Notes: generated by a model not told the origin, from the sequence alone. Shown: positions 12,467-24,796, numbered from the stretch's first letter. The stretch is 64,000 nt of DNA from Styela clava (GCF_964204865.1 NC_135255.1:1736001-1800000); one strand, 5' to 3'. A program made the numbers and translations.

Positions 12467-13815
12467 ACCTATTGCTTTACATCAGTGAACTTGAATTTAT
12501 CAAAAAACGTCTTAATGACTCTTGTTGTTACATTGTACTGCACTCACTTTTGCAATGGTTAAATCGGCGCTGACTACAGCAAATAGAGTTAGTCACTGTA
12601 TTAACCCAAACTGATGCTTTCAGTAAAATCGGGTATTAATGGTATTGAAGTTACGGTGAAATGCTATTTAAACGTTTTAGGACTGGCGATTTTTAACAGT
12701 ATCACTGTTAAAAACGGCCAAACATTAAATATTTCAACTAGTATTTCACCGTAACTTTGAAGAGTAACAGATAAATGCCATTTAAACATTGAACGACTGT
12801 TTTTTTAACAGTATTACTGTTAAAAACGGTCAGTCATCACTTATTTTACATTGCATTTCACCGTAACTTCAAAGAGTAACGGTGAAATGCCATTTAAACG
12901 TTGAACAGCTGGCTTTTTTTAACAACATTACTGTTAAAAACGGTCAGTCGTTTAACGATTAAATGGCATTTTTCTGTAAGTTGAATACTTGATAAACGTC
13001 AGTTGTCAGTAATTCGGAGATTTGTTTTTTTATACATACCAGTATTTAAAATTGTAGTATTGCACCGTTACTTCAATATTTCTAATGGCTAAATGCCTGA
13101 ATACCGATTCCGGGATATCGGTACGGTAGTTGCACCACACTCAGCCACTCAGAACAGTGTTAATTAAGCTTCTTACTAACACACCTACTGTACTTAGGTC
13201 TCTTCTATGTTCTCACGTCATAATGTTATGAACTTGCTAGTATCCTGAAGCAGCGGCAATGAAGGTTCCTATAATTCAAAAGCTCAGTATAACCTGTCCA
13301 GGGCCGGATCATGCCTTTTCCAGTTTTAGCGGCCCTAAGTAGTCGAGCTGGGAAAATCGTAACAACCGGAACGCAGCTAACTTGTGAAAATGTAATTTAT
13401 ATTTACAACATGACGCGGACGCTACCACAAATTTTTGTCTGTCCTGAGATAGAGCCGAAGGACTACAATGAAATATGAAGAAATTATCTGGTATATGTCT
13501 GTTCAAAATTACAAGAATATTTATACCAATTCAATACGAATGTGTTTATTAGAAAGGTATTGGATGAAATTTCACGGGGTCAGAGGTCGGCGAAACATCC
13601 ATTACACGTTATTGCTGTGCACTAAATATTTGTCTGCCGTAATGTAAAAAAAGTTATGGCGTAACAAGACGTAAGTTAATAAGTAAGTTTACAAGATGTA
13701 CTAGAACTAGACTTTCTATGACATAATTTTATTTCAACAACCGGAACGCAAATGCAATTAAAAGTCCAACAACCGGAACGCCGTTCCGGTGCGTTCCGGC
13801 TACAGCTCATCACTG
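12450..13815 (+). repeat. Local segmental duplication, copy A (includes 3 palindromic ~113-bp units)
   Basis: Near-identical to 15476-16866, from GGGTCTGGACCACCCT to AGCTCATCACTG. Confidence 0.92.
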
Positions 13816-14399
13816 CCTATGTGTTTACACAATAGAAGTGCTAGTTTTGTATTGCACTGTTTACCTATTCTTGATTATTTTGTGGCCCGCGACCAATGCC
13901 AAAATAATTTTGTGGACCGCGGAGCCCACAACTTTGGACCATCCTGACGTAGATGTTTGCATTGTTAATTGGTATTATCCTACTATACGTAGGTAGACAA
14001 TTGTATTGTTTCGTAGCAATGCGAGGTTAGCAGTAGTCGTGTGGATCTGCTTGATAAAGACAGATGATGAGATTTGTCCATTCTAAATTAAATAGTTGGG
14101 ATGCTGTTACATTTGTTATTGTAAGATATTCTTGGTTAAATTCAAAATTTAGCGGGGTTAAAAATTTTAAAGGTAGTTTTAGTCACAAATTATGTTGACA
14201 AACTGAAGAATACTTGAAAAAAGCCGCGAGCGGAAGATACAAAGGAGAAATTAAGTGAGAACAGAACATCGCATGCACCTTCAGATATCTTTGCGTCTTC
14301 AATCAGTGGGGATCAACGCCCGACAAAAGACCCATCTCCTCACCCTCATCGGATTGAAATACATCACTCAAACCATCCTTATAAGCGGAAGTACAGCGA

Positions 14400-14785
14400 A
14401 AAAATTATAAAGCTTGGTTTCAGAAAAGGAATTGTTAGGCGAAAAGAAAACAATGACAAAGTATCTCACAATCTTAGAAAAATCTCAAAAGGCATTGTAT
14501 GAAGTGGCATATTTAATCGCAAAAGATAAAAAACCACACACCATCGGAGAAACACTAATCAAAACTATTGCAATTAGTCAAATTATGAATGGAGACAAGG
14601 TAACTAAGGAAATGAAAGAAATATCAATGTCTGTATTTACCATTCACTGACCTATCAGCGAAATGGGTCAAGATATTAGGGGCCAACTGATTGAAAGAGT
14701 CAAAGAAGGAAATTACGCTTTGCAATTGGATGAATCCACGGATACGTCTGGTTTAGCGCAGTTGATTGTGTTCGTTAGGTATATA
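14400..14785 (+). pseudogene. Buster/Charlie-type hAT transposase fragment (ZBED5/SCAND3/FAM200-like)
   Basis: Reads 'ALYEVAYLIAKDKKPHTIGETLIK...TIH*PISEMGQDI..QLIERVK..YALQLDESTD.SGLAQLIVFVRY', with an in-frame stop at 14648-14650. Confidence 0.85.
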
Positions 14786-15475
14786 AGTTACTCAATTGTG
14801 ACAATATGATGCTGATCCGAAATAAGCAATAGTGCTCTGGTACGTTTAAGGTATTTTTCTTCAACATTTTATAGTAAAAGTGATGCCAAAGATTACGTAC
14901 GAACTGCGTCCTTTGCAACTTCATTAAGTTGCAGATAAGATAAGTTCAATTTTGGGAGTATACGCTGAATTAAAGGGCAGTTGGCAACGCTACATTTCAT
15001 GGCTTAAAAATAGTTTGGAAGGGATTACACTCACTGGGCGACTTATATTTTTGACTTTTCAGCCTTCTCAGCCACGCAAAAGAAATTTGTATATACACCT
15101 ATCTGAGTTGAATTATAAAATGCAGGATATGGCAGAACATTCGTTGAAAAAGACCAAGCGTGCCAAGACCATCGTTTTGCCTTGCACGGAAATACAGGCG
15201 ACATTGAATGAGTTGATGAAAAGGAACTCAGATATGTCGATATCGAATGACCAGTTAAAATTTTAAAAACATTGACTCCAAACCTAATGGTTATTGATAA
15301 CCAATTGAGATTCCAGCCTACATTTACGAATGCCGTCAATCATGTTTTGTCGACGTACGATTGAATCATCTCAATGGCATTCTCGACCAGTATAACACAC
15401 GGAAGTTAGTCGCAAGATGGTAAAGTTTATGTTGACGAGAAGAGTCGTGATTATAGCGCCGTTAGGTTAGATGAT

Positions 15476-16866
15476 GGGTCTGGACCACCCTAACCTATTG
15501 CTTTACATCAGTGAACTTGAATTTATCAAAAAACGTCTTAATGACTCTTGTTACATTGTACTGCACTCACTTTTGCTTAATGGTTAAATCGGCGCTGACT
15601 ACAGCATCCTTGATTTATTATACGCCTACAACTAAATAGAGTTAGTCACTGTATTAACCCAAACTGATGCTTTCAGTAAAATCGGGTATTAATGGTATTG
15701 AAGTTACGGTGAAATGCTATTTAAACGTTTTAGGACTAGCGATTTTTAACAGTATCACTGTTAAAAACGGCCAGTCATTAAATATTTTAACTAGTATTTA
15801 ATCACCGTAACTTTAAAGTGTAACGGTTAAATGCCATTTAAACGTTAAACGACTGTTTTTTTTAACAGTATTACTGTTAAAGACGGTCAGTCATCACTTA
15901 TTTTACATAGCATTTCACAGTAACTTCAAAGAGTAACGGTGAAATGCCATTTAAACGTTAAACGACTGGCTTTTTTCCAACAAAGATACTGTTGAAAAAA
16001 TCAATCATTAAATATTTTAAAGAGCATTTCACCGTAACTTCAATTCAGTAACGATGAAATGCCACCTAAACGTTGAACAGCTGGCTTTTAACATCATTAC
16101 TGTTAAAAACGGTCAGTCGTTTAACGATTAAATGGCATTTTTCTGTGAGTTTAATACTTGAAAAACGTCAGTTATCAGTAATTCGGAGATTTGTGTTTTT
16201 TTACATACCAGTATTTAAAATTGTAGTAGTGCACCGTTACTTCAATATTCCTAATGGCTAAATGCCTGAATACTGATTCCGGGATATCGGTACGGTAGTT
16301 GCACCACACTCAGCCACTCTAAGCAGAACAGTGTTAATTAAGCTTCTTACTAACACACCGGCTGTACTTAGGTTTCTTCTATGTTCCCACGTCATAATGT
16401 TATGAACTTAATAGTATCCTGAAGCAGCGGCAATGAAGGTTCCTATAATTCCAAAGTTCAGTATAACCTGTCCAGGGCCGGATCACGCCTTTTCCAGTTT
16501 TAGAGGCCCTAAGTAGTCGAGCTGGGAAAATCGTAACAACCGGAACGCAGCTAATTTGTGAAAATGTAATATATATTTATAACATGACGTGGACGCTACC
16601 ACAAATTTTTGTCTGTCCTGAGATAGAGCCGAAAGACTACAATGAAATATGAAAAAATTATCTGGTATTAAACCAATTCAATGCGAATGTGTTTATTAGA
16701 AAGGTATAGGATGAAATTTCACGGGGTCAGAGGTCGGCGAAACATCCACACTAAATATTTGTCTGCTGTAATGTAAAAAAAGTAATGGCGTAACAAGACG
16801 TAAGTTAATAAGTAAGTTTACAAGATGTACTAGAACAAGACTTTCTATGACATAAGCTCATCACTG
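15476..16866 (+). repeat. Local segmental duplication, copy B (4 palindromic units)
   Basis: Near-identical to 12450-13815, with one extra tandem unit and small indels. Confidence 0.92.
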
Positions 16867-18925
16867 TCAACAACCAAGTGTTCGGTATAATTTACCTGTA
16901 AATAATAGTGAATATCATTCTATTCAACCATATAAGCATTATAAATGCGGTCTTACTACTTACTGAATACAGCGCGAAACACCGCAAAACAGAGGGAAAC
17001 ACCGCAAAACAGTGGGGAAAGAGCGTAAAACAGAGGGAAACAGTGTGAAGCAGAAAATTTTTTTGCAATGAGTTCGGGGGGTCTGGTATAGTTTAGTACC
17101 ACATGTACTTCTAGTTGACCTGGCTCAACAATTTTTGCATATGTCAATCCTATCCCCCACCTAACTACGTCACCGAAAAATTACGTCCAAAACTCGCAGA
17201 CAACCAGCCGAAATCGAGCAAGCAATTTCTCTCGTTTTCTCGTCACAACGATCACTATAGGAGAGAGATCGCCGGCTTTAGCAAGTTCGTTATCGGCGTC
17301 GCAGATGTCATTTCGGGCGATCATAATTATACTTTGGCAATCCCTATGACGTGATGGTGACGCCGTAGTGACTCAATTTTTGGATGGCATAGTCAGGTGG
17401 GGGTTAGGAATAGCATATGCAAAATTCGTTATGCTACGCCCACCGGAAGTACTTGTGTGACCCGAGTTCGGGGCACCTTGTTTTAAGTTGGAGTACCACG
17501 GCATCAAATTAAAAACACAAACCAACGTATGTAGCCAGTAATGCTGTAATGGCAGGTATGCCCCTGCTAGTGACACATTTTGGGTACCATAATTTAGGAC
17601 ATTTTCCATATGGATATAGTTGGCTTTAGGGTTAGGTAAAAAGGGACCTCCAGAAGCATGTGCACCAAGATGGCGCACAACCTGAAAATAGTGTGTGTGT
17701 GTGTAGCGGATTCAGGTTGTGCGACATATTGCTGCACAATTCTTCTGGAGGCTACTTCTGGAGCACCAAAAAGGTAGATAAAATTTCGCATGATTACCTA
17801 TAATCCGGTACATAACCTTGTAAATATACCGGTAGCGCCATAAAACCATGGCGAGAGGCGCCGTGGTTCTTTCGTGGCAGGAGGTGGTAATGACTGCGTC
17901 TCCTGTTTTGCGCTGTTTCCCTCTGTTTTGCGCTGGTTTCCTTCTGTTTCGCGCTGTTTTCCTCTGTTTTGCGGTGTTTCGCGCTGTATTCAGTAAGTAG
18001 TAAGACCCTTATAAATGTATTCTAGAGTTCATAAGAGTGCATAATATCACTATAAATGATGTTAGGCAAGGGCATCATAGAACTTTATATGATAAAATTG
18101 TTGCTAATCTGAAAAGTGAAAGAATTGTATTTCTAAACAATGGGGATATTCGAACAGCATGTTTGAATATTCATAATAAAATTCTCGCTAATTATGTAAA
18201 AACTTTTAACTACAAATTATTGTGGAATATTTTACCGCTTAAAACATTGTCAAGAATTAGATATATTGCTGGGATGACCTATGTCTGTATGTGTATTTTG
18301 TGACAAAGAAGCTGAATTTATAACACATTTATTCTGGAATTGCTCATTTGTGAAACAATTCTATGATTATGTTTTTTCTATTATCATGAAAATAACTAAC
18401 AGTGGCAACTTAATAAATTATGAAACATGTATATTATTAGATTTAAGACACAATAATTATGTACATTTGACCAATATAGAAAAAAATGCTATTATTTTAT
18501 TGATATGTACTGCAAGATATAAAATTTGGTTGCAAAGAAATGCAGTGATTTTTGAAAATGTAATGCCAAGAGTGAATAATGTAGTCAATACTATAAGAAA
18601 TTCAATAAAGTGTAGGAGAAATATAGAACGACTGAGAAATTTACCTAATTATTGTGAAGAACTTGATTTATTATGTAAATATATATAAATATGACTAGAA
18701 GTGTTTGGAACTAATTCTTAAAATTTCCTTTTTCATGCATTAATTAAAATAATGGTAAATGGCATCATGGAACATATAATTGATGATGACAACAAATGGG
18801 AATTACAACGGATATGCTACAATATGGATACAAATGCTCAATATTTATTATGGAATTTATACCGTCTCATCTGTATGTAATGATTTATATTATTATTTTA
18901 TCTATAAAAAAAAAAAAAAAAAAAA
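16867..18925 (+). mobile_element. 5'-truncated L1/Tx1-like LINE (ORF2 C-terminus, 3'UTR, poly-A), interrupted by a MULE-like element
   Basis: Removing 16948-18017 restores one frame: QPSVRYNLP...YKHYKCILEFIRVHNIT. The C-terminal zinc motif CVFC...THLFWNC and IWLQRN..IF follow after a frameshift. A-tail at ~18906-18925. Confidence 0.85.
16948..18008. mobile_element. Non-autonomous Mutator-like (MULE) element
   Basis: Long TIRs GGTCTTACTACTTACTGAATACAGCGCGAAACACCGCAAAACAGAGG with ~20-bp subterminal repeats; 9-bp TSD TTATAAATG (16939-16947, 18009-18017). Confidence 0.85.
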
Positions 18926-18975
18926 TTTGACTGACATAACCCCATAGCCCATACTCATACGGTATAACGTGGAAA

Positions 18976-21790
18976 ATGGATGACGATAATCTTTTAGTAC
19001 CTGATCAAGAATCGCCTTCTTTCGAAGAAATGCTGAAGACGCATTCTCAAGAAATCATGAAAATATTTCTTCCCTTGGGGGTAAGGCCGGGTTATATTTA
19101 TCCTATCTTAAGATTATAACCGGAACCCGATTTAAATGTCCTTTAAATGAACTTTGAAATTGGTATAAACTGGAAAATGCGCTGTTTGCGCAAATAACTG
19201 AATTAGGGATATATATGGGTGAATTCTACCTATGTACCACATGCAGACATGCATGAATATCTGTGAATTTCTGTATTGGGTGGTCAATGAAAGCATTCAG
19301 GAAACCCTTACTGCCATAATTTCAGATAACCCAGCTTGTTCTTGGAGTTGTCATATTGATTGGTGGAGTAATTATTGCTGCTTCTTGGCCTGATTATGGT
19401 GCAGACAGTTCTGCGGAAGGAATATGGTGTGGTATATTGGTGAGTTATCAACTGTGTGTAGTCTAAACTGTTTATATTTTATCAAGTTATAGGCCGCCTA
19501 GCGGAGACATTTCAGCATTTAGGAATAGTGAGGCATAGGGTATAACAATTTTTTTAGATCTTGATTTGCTGATATATACAAAGTTTCATTTTGGTATGTA
19601 AGAATTGGCAGCCGTAAATTAAATATACAGATATAGGCATACCTGTTTGTCTATGAACATATTTTACCTTGTAATATATTAAACTAGATTCTCAAGCAAA
19701 ATATTTCAACTATTTTCAGATAGTTGTCTGTGGAGCAATGAGCATCACTGCGCGATATCATTTGTATTCAGGAGTAGTAAGTATTTATGTCCCTGTAATA
19801 TTAAATAGGAACTGTATCTGATAGTACTGTTCATTTATATATATAATGTATCATGTCAGCCATCATGGACTAATTTTTTACTGATGTTTTGAAGCTTGTG
19901 TTATTTCAATTCCAAATGTCCACAATACGGTTTTGTGCTAAAGGCACTTGCAGGCCTACTGAATGATACATATTTTTTTTTTATTCTGGTATAAAATGAT
20001 TATCAAATTTTATATGAATGTTTAGCTCATTATCGAGTATTGCCACCCTGATTTCGAACTCACTTATGGCAATCCTTACACTTAGCACAATGATGATTAT
20101 TGGACGTTCTTACTAAATTTTATTTCCAGGTGATATCCTGTCTTGTATTGAACATAACTTCGGCAGTTTTGAATGCAATTGGAGTTGTAATTGCTGCGAT
20201 TTCATTTTTTGGAGCTGCAGGTCATCATTGGTATGGGGTATGTGATATGTCATGTGACACCTTAAAATTTCTCATCGGTCTCAAATATTGATAATCAATT
20301 TATTGTATGCATTAAATAGTTAATCTGGTAATAAATTTAGTTTAAGTTTTATGTAACAATACTTTTTCATTGCATTTACTCAATATAAAACATTACAAAG
20401 CAGGTCTTGATTTTTTATCAAACAGGGAGGAAAATTTGTTATATATACAGCGTTGAATGGTGGACTGACTGCTTGTCTGGTAATCAGCATCTACCTTTCA
20501 ATTTCATTTGGAAAAATTTTGAGCCAGAAAAAAGAAGTTTGCTGCTTTGGTTCTTCACCCTATGTAAGTTTGAAAAGTTTTGCGGCGAAATGGTGAGAAA
20601 ATTTCATGAACTGTCACATTTTTCCCGAGAGTGACAAAACTATTAACAGATTGGTATAGCCAGTATACACATCAATCAAGTAGTGATTTTCAACCTTTTT
20701 GAACCACAGAACTTCTTATATCATAGATTGCGAGACACCAAATAGAAATTTTAGACCCTTCATAAATGAATGATCAAGAATTCTCGATCAGTTGTGGCAT
20801 TGGAAGGAAATAGCGAAAAGACCAAAAGCTCAAATATCTATCCATTGTGTAGTACTAAACTTCTGTTATGATGTCATTAAAACTCAATACAAGATTCGTT
20901 GATCCCAACGCTGCTCAAGTTTTCAGTGATCTTACCATTTATTAATTCATTGTCACGGTCTTGATCATTAGATTTGGACTTGCTTATGTGGGTTCATTTA
21001 ACAAAAACACAATCTTGCCAATTTCAGAATTATGGTGGCTATGCGATGGTGTATGTACCACCTGGGACTGAAATGCAGCACACGCAAGTCGGAGGAGCAT
21101 TCATGGCTGGTATCAACCTCTTTTAATTGTTACTCTATTATGTGATTTGCTGCCCCGGTATTCATTTGCAGTGTGAGACAACTCCATATTCTAAATTTGG
21201 GTTAAACCAGATGTAGCCGTGGGAGTCTAGTTTCAGACTGTGTCAATTAGGGTGTCTGGTCTAATAATTGAAACCCAGGTTTTTGCATGATTTGTTTAAT
21301 TTCTTGTTGTACATTAAAAAATAATGAAAATGCATTTATACTCTCACATCTCGTTTATTTTCAAAAAATTCGATGCAAAACGTCTCATTCAAAGTGGCAG
21401 CCCATTTATGATTTTTGTGTTTACAAAGAAACCTATTCGCTGGATCAATTGGTAGAATAGGATTTTTATCCTGGGAAAGAGGAATGCTAGTAAGGCCTCT
21501 TAATCATATGGTTTACCTCAACCTCCTACGATTACCAGTCTTATCTTGGGTATAGTTAGCGTGATAATTGGGTCAGTTTCCATGTAAAAAGCAGAGCATG
21601 TTGTTACTGTTCAGACCAGCCCAATTTATTATTTTTTTTTTTATCTAAAACATCCACTTAACAGTTACGACAATGCACATTGAAGTTACTGTTGCAATGT
21701 CCAGCAGTATGTATTAATTATTGCACATAATAATTGAAGCGTCTATTTTCAGTGCCACCTGGACAGAGACAGACTCCGACTCAGCCTTGA
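18976..21790 (+). CDS. CD20/MS4A-like four-transmembrane protein, ~213 aa, 7 coding exons
   Basis: Exons 18976-19080, 19326-19439, 19720-19776, 20130-20237, 20426-20563, 21028-21109, 21753-21790; all GT-AG with consistent phases. Protein MDDDNLL...LPLGITQLVLGVVILIGGVII...EGIWCGILIVVCGAMSI...CLVLNITSAVLNAIGVVIAAISF...LTACLVISIYLSISF..CC...QP*. It shows four hydrophobic helices, LGxxQxxxG in TM1 and GxWxG in TM2, as in the CD20-like family. Confidence 0.82.
21453..21555 (-). mobile_element. Degenerate 3' fragment of the SINE family (intronic)
   Basis: TAGGAT...TTTATCCTGGGAAAGAGGAA...TTAATCATATGG matches the SINE 3' end. Confidence 0.6.
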
Positions 21791-22063
21791 ACATGTTTGA
21801 AATGAACTTTCACCAAGCTTTGTAAATGTTCAAACGCCTATACATACTTATTTTTTGTTTAACATGTCTTGCAAAGGTTAGCACTTAAGTCTTGCGTTGA
21901 ACTTATGGAAGAAATGTGCAATGCCCACCTTGCCGTACCTACTTTTCTGTTTATAAATAAATAGTACAGCTATTCCATGTTGAATTGTCTTAAAATCTTC
22001 TAATACATATATATGTGCATAATTTTGGTTTATGAATGTGTCAGGTTGTTCCACCTGCTAGAA

Positions 22064-22607
22064 CAGGGGTCGGGAACCCATGGCTCGCGAGCCATATATG
22101 GCTCTTTTGGTGACGGTATATGGCTCCCAGAAAAATCTATTATTCTAAGATTAAGCTTACTATTGTTACTAGACTTCAAACTATTTTATGGCCAAATTTG
22201 GCAAAAAATTCCCAATACGTTTGACAACGCGGGCCCAGTGCATGTCTATGTTATGTAAGAGAATTACCAGACAGGCATTGTGACAAAACATGGGAATTCT
22301 GGAACATATATTGTGACATCACAAAGCAATAGAGTTTTAAAACACTACGGAGATGCCTAAACGAAAAAGGGTGATGATTATCGTAGATTTCAACTTGGGC
22401 TGCATGTGAGCAACCGTTCAAGGCCCGCAGCGACAACATGCAGCATCAGAAGTCACATTAAATGTATATTGACATGGAATGTGTTGACTTTTGAGTAAAC
22501 GTTTCAGGCCTGATTAAGTGAAGAAATGTTATATGGCTCGCACGGAAATGCAATTGAAAATATGTATATTTTAGGGCTCTCTTGACCAAAAAGGTTCCCG
22601 ACCCCTG
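22064..22607. mobile_element. hAT (Buster-type) MITE between two convergent genes
   Basis: TIRs CAGGGGTCGGGAACC / GGTTCCCGACCCCTG; perfect TSD TGCTAGAA (22056-22063, 22608-22615). Confidence 0.92.
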
Positions 22608-22663
22608 TGCTAGAAGGTGAGCAGATCGACTTCGCTTGGCACCAAATATCAGATTGCAAACTT

Positions 22664-23617
22664 TTATGTGACCTTTTGGGCTTTATTTTCTCTATAGCAC
22701 TGGAGACTGCATAATGAAACCTTTGTTTTTGAGCAAGCATATTTTCTAGGTTTACCACAGATACACCTTTGTGGCCTAATATTGGTCAGCTGTGCGGACT
22801 TCAACAGAAATGGATTTGTTGAACCTTCAGAAAAGGAAAGGGATATGGTAGTTCCTTTACTGACACACTTAATTTTAGATACAACTCGGGCTTGCGACTT
22901 CTGTTGAGGTGGAGCCGCACTAAAATCACTATTAATATTCGTTTTCTTCTGTCTGTCTTTGGTTATTCTACCACTTTGCTGTTTAATTAATCTTTCAATT
23001 GTCTGTTTTTGACTTTCCTCTGCTCTCTTTACTGCTTGGAGTTTCCGTCGCTTATTTTTCTCCTCTTTCAATTTCTGTGCTTCTTCAGTCATCACTCTAG
23101 CTTTGGCTGTTCCTCTCCCGAGGAGTGTAGCATTAGCAAATGATTTTGAAGACAGTGCACTTGTTCGTTCTTTGAGAGCACGTTGTCTTGCTGTCATCAA
23201 ACCAGGATCTTTGTCCTTTTTGAGTTCACCATAATCGTCCAAATCGCCTTTTTCAAGAGCATCTAACCAAGCCTCCTCATCATCCTCTATGTATGGATCT
23301 GTATCTATTATAATCTCATCCTCGTCGATATTTATGTCTGTATATAAGAAGGTACAGCAATTAATAGACATAAAAAAACAGAAGGCCCCCGTGTCGAACC
23401 AACCTATTGTTATAAATTATGCAAATAGGAAGTAGAACCGTGAAGTTGAGGCTTTGAGCATTCATTATCACTAACCTGGTGGATTTGTTGTTGCCATGTT
23501 GCCAGCAATCCTCTTTTCATTCAAACTTTTTCGTTTTCTATCATTTCGGCTCATTTTGAGTTTAACTTTAAGTTCTAATTTTAAACTTTTATCATAATCT
23601 AAAAAAACTGTTTCCAT
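22664..23617 (-). CDS. INO80B: INO80 complex subunit B (PAPA-1 domain plus C-terminal HIT-type zinc finger), ~271 aa, 2 exons
   Basis: Exon 1 23617-23476 (METVF..LKLELKVKLK...; an alternative in-frame ATG lies at 23554), GT-AG phase-1 intron 23475-23338, exon 2 23337-22664. Motifs: EEAWLDALEKGDLDDYGELKK..LMTARQRAL, RRKLQA.KRAEE...QTIERL, CICGKPRKYACSKT.VSLCSLQCY. Confidence 0.92.
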
Positions 23618-24134
23618 TATTTTCTGCGGATTTTCTCGGTACCGGTACTAACTTCTGGACTTGAAAACGAATGATTCTTTCTTAAAAGGCATAGCATAGG
23701 CCTATTACTGTATTAATAATTTCTTTGCGGGTACTGAAAGGGGTTCTGCAGGTCCGGTATAGTTTAGTACCGTACCACATGCACTTCTAGTTGGCCTGGC
23801 TCAACAATTTTCGCTTATGTCAATGCTAACCCCCACCTGACTACGTTACCGAAAAATTACCTTTCGACGTTACAGTGGCGTAATAAGGCCCACCAAAGTA
23901 TGCGAATGGTCGTCCAAAACGCGCAGACGATCACCCGAAATCGAGCAAGCTACTTTTCTCGTCACAACGATTATGATAGGCTTTAGGGGCCCAGATGTGG
24001 GCCTGGGTTTGGACCACCCTGTGAATAAATACTAATAGGCTACCATCATTTCTATCAAAATATACAACCAGGTATGGTTAACGGGTACGGTAACGGGTAC
24101 CGGTACTGATGGCTAATTTCAGCATACTGTAGTC

Positions 24135-24796
24135 CAGGGCTACTCAACTATTTTTATCGAAGGTCCGCAAACAAAACTTCAAAATTATTTGGGTCCGGTC
24201 TTTCCAGAAATGATATTTCGGCATCCTTAAACGAGCACTTCCTCGACCGACTAATGATTAGTAGCAAATTAAAATTGTTTATTATGGTGTTATAGTTCTT
24301 TTCGTATATATTCAAAACTATGTAAGTCATTTTATAATAGGAAATTCAAAAAGTGGGGCTAATGATCCAAAATAAATAATTAGGTGCGGTCCAAATCCAA
24401 TAATCGAAAGGTCCGGATTTCGGACCGCGGTCCGCCAGTTGCTACAGGAGTGGTGACTCCACTACGGCCCACGGGCCGGGGCCACGGCCCATCTAATTGG
24501 GCCCCGTCAGGAAAAATTCAATTATCTTACCAAAATTTTCAATTTCTACAAAATTGTCACTATTGGAACCAAAAAATAAACTCCTGTAGTATGTGTACCA
24601 GGTTAGGGTTAGGGCAAAATTTTGTTCAGATTTTTTACATTATAGTTCTATTATGAGTTTGGGGACTGTCTGTGTTAGCCAAGTGAATAGTTCCTTTACA
24701 CAACTTGATGGGCCTAGGCCCAATTTGATGGGCCGTGACCCCGGCCCATGGGCCGAAGAGGAGTCACCACTTTCACTCGCCAGTTGAGTAGCCCTG
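24135..24796. mobile_element. hAT (Buster-type) MITE carrying a nested palindromic insertion
   Basis: TIRs CAGGGCTACTCAACT / AGTTGAGTAGCCCTG; TSD CTGTAGTC (24127-24134, 24797-24804). The nested segment 24442-24777 has ~55-bp inverted arms and is flanked by a CGCCAGTTG duplication. Confidence 0.9.

Noticed and set aside
12650-16145. CRISPR-like array
   Set aside because: Eukaryotic context; the units are wholly repeated palindromes with no unique spacers, and there are no cas genes.
22664-23371. INO80B starting at MSINCC as in the ORF track
   Set aside because: Those codons lie in the intron's pyrimidine tract; a canonical acceptor at 23338 and an upstream exon with the LKLxxK motif fit better.
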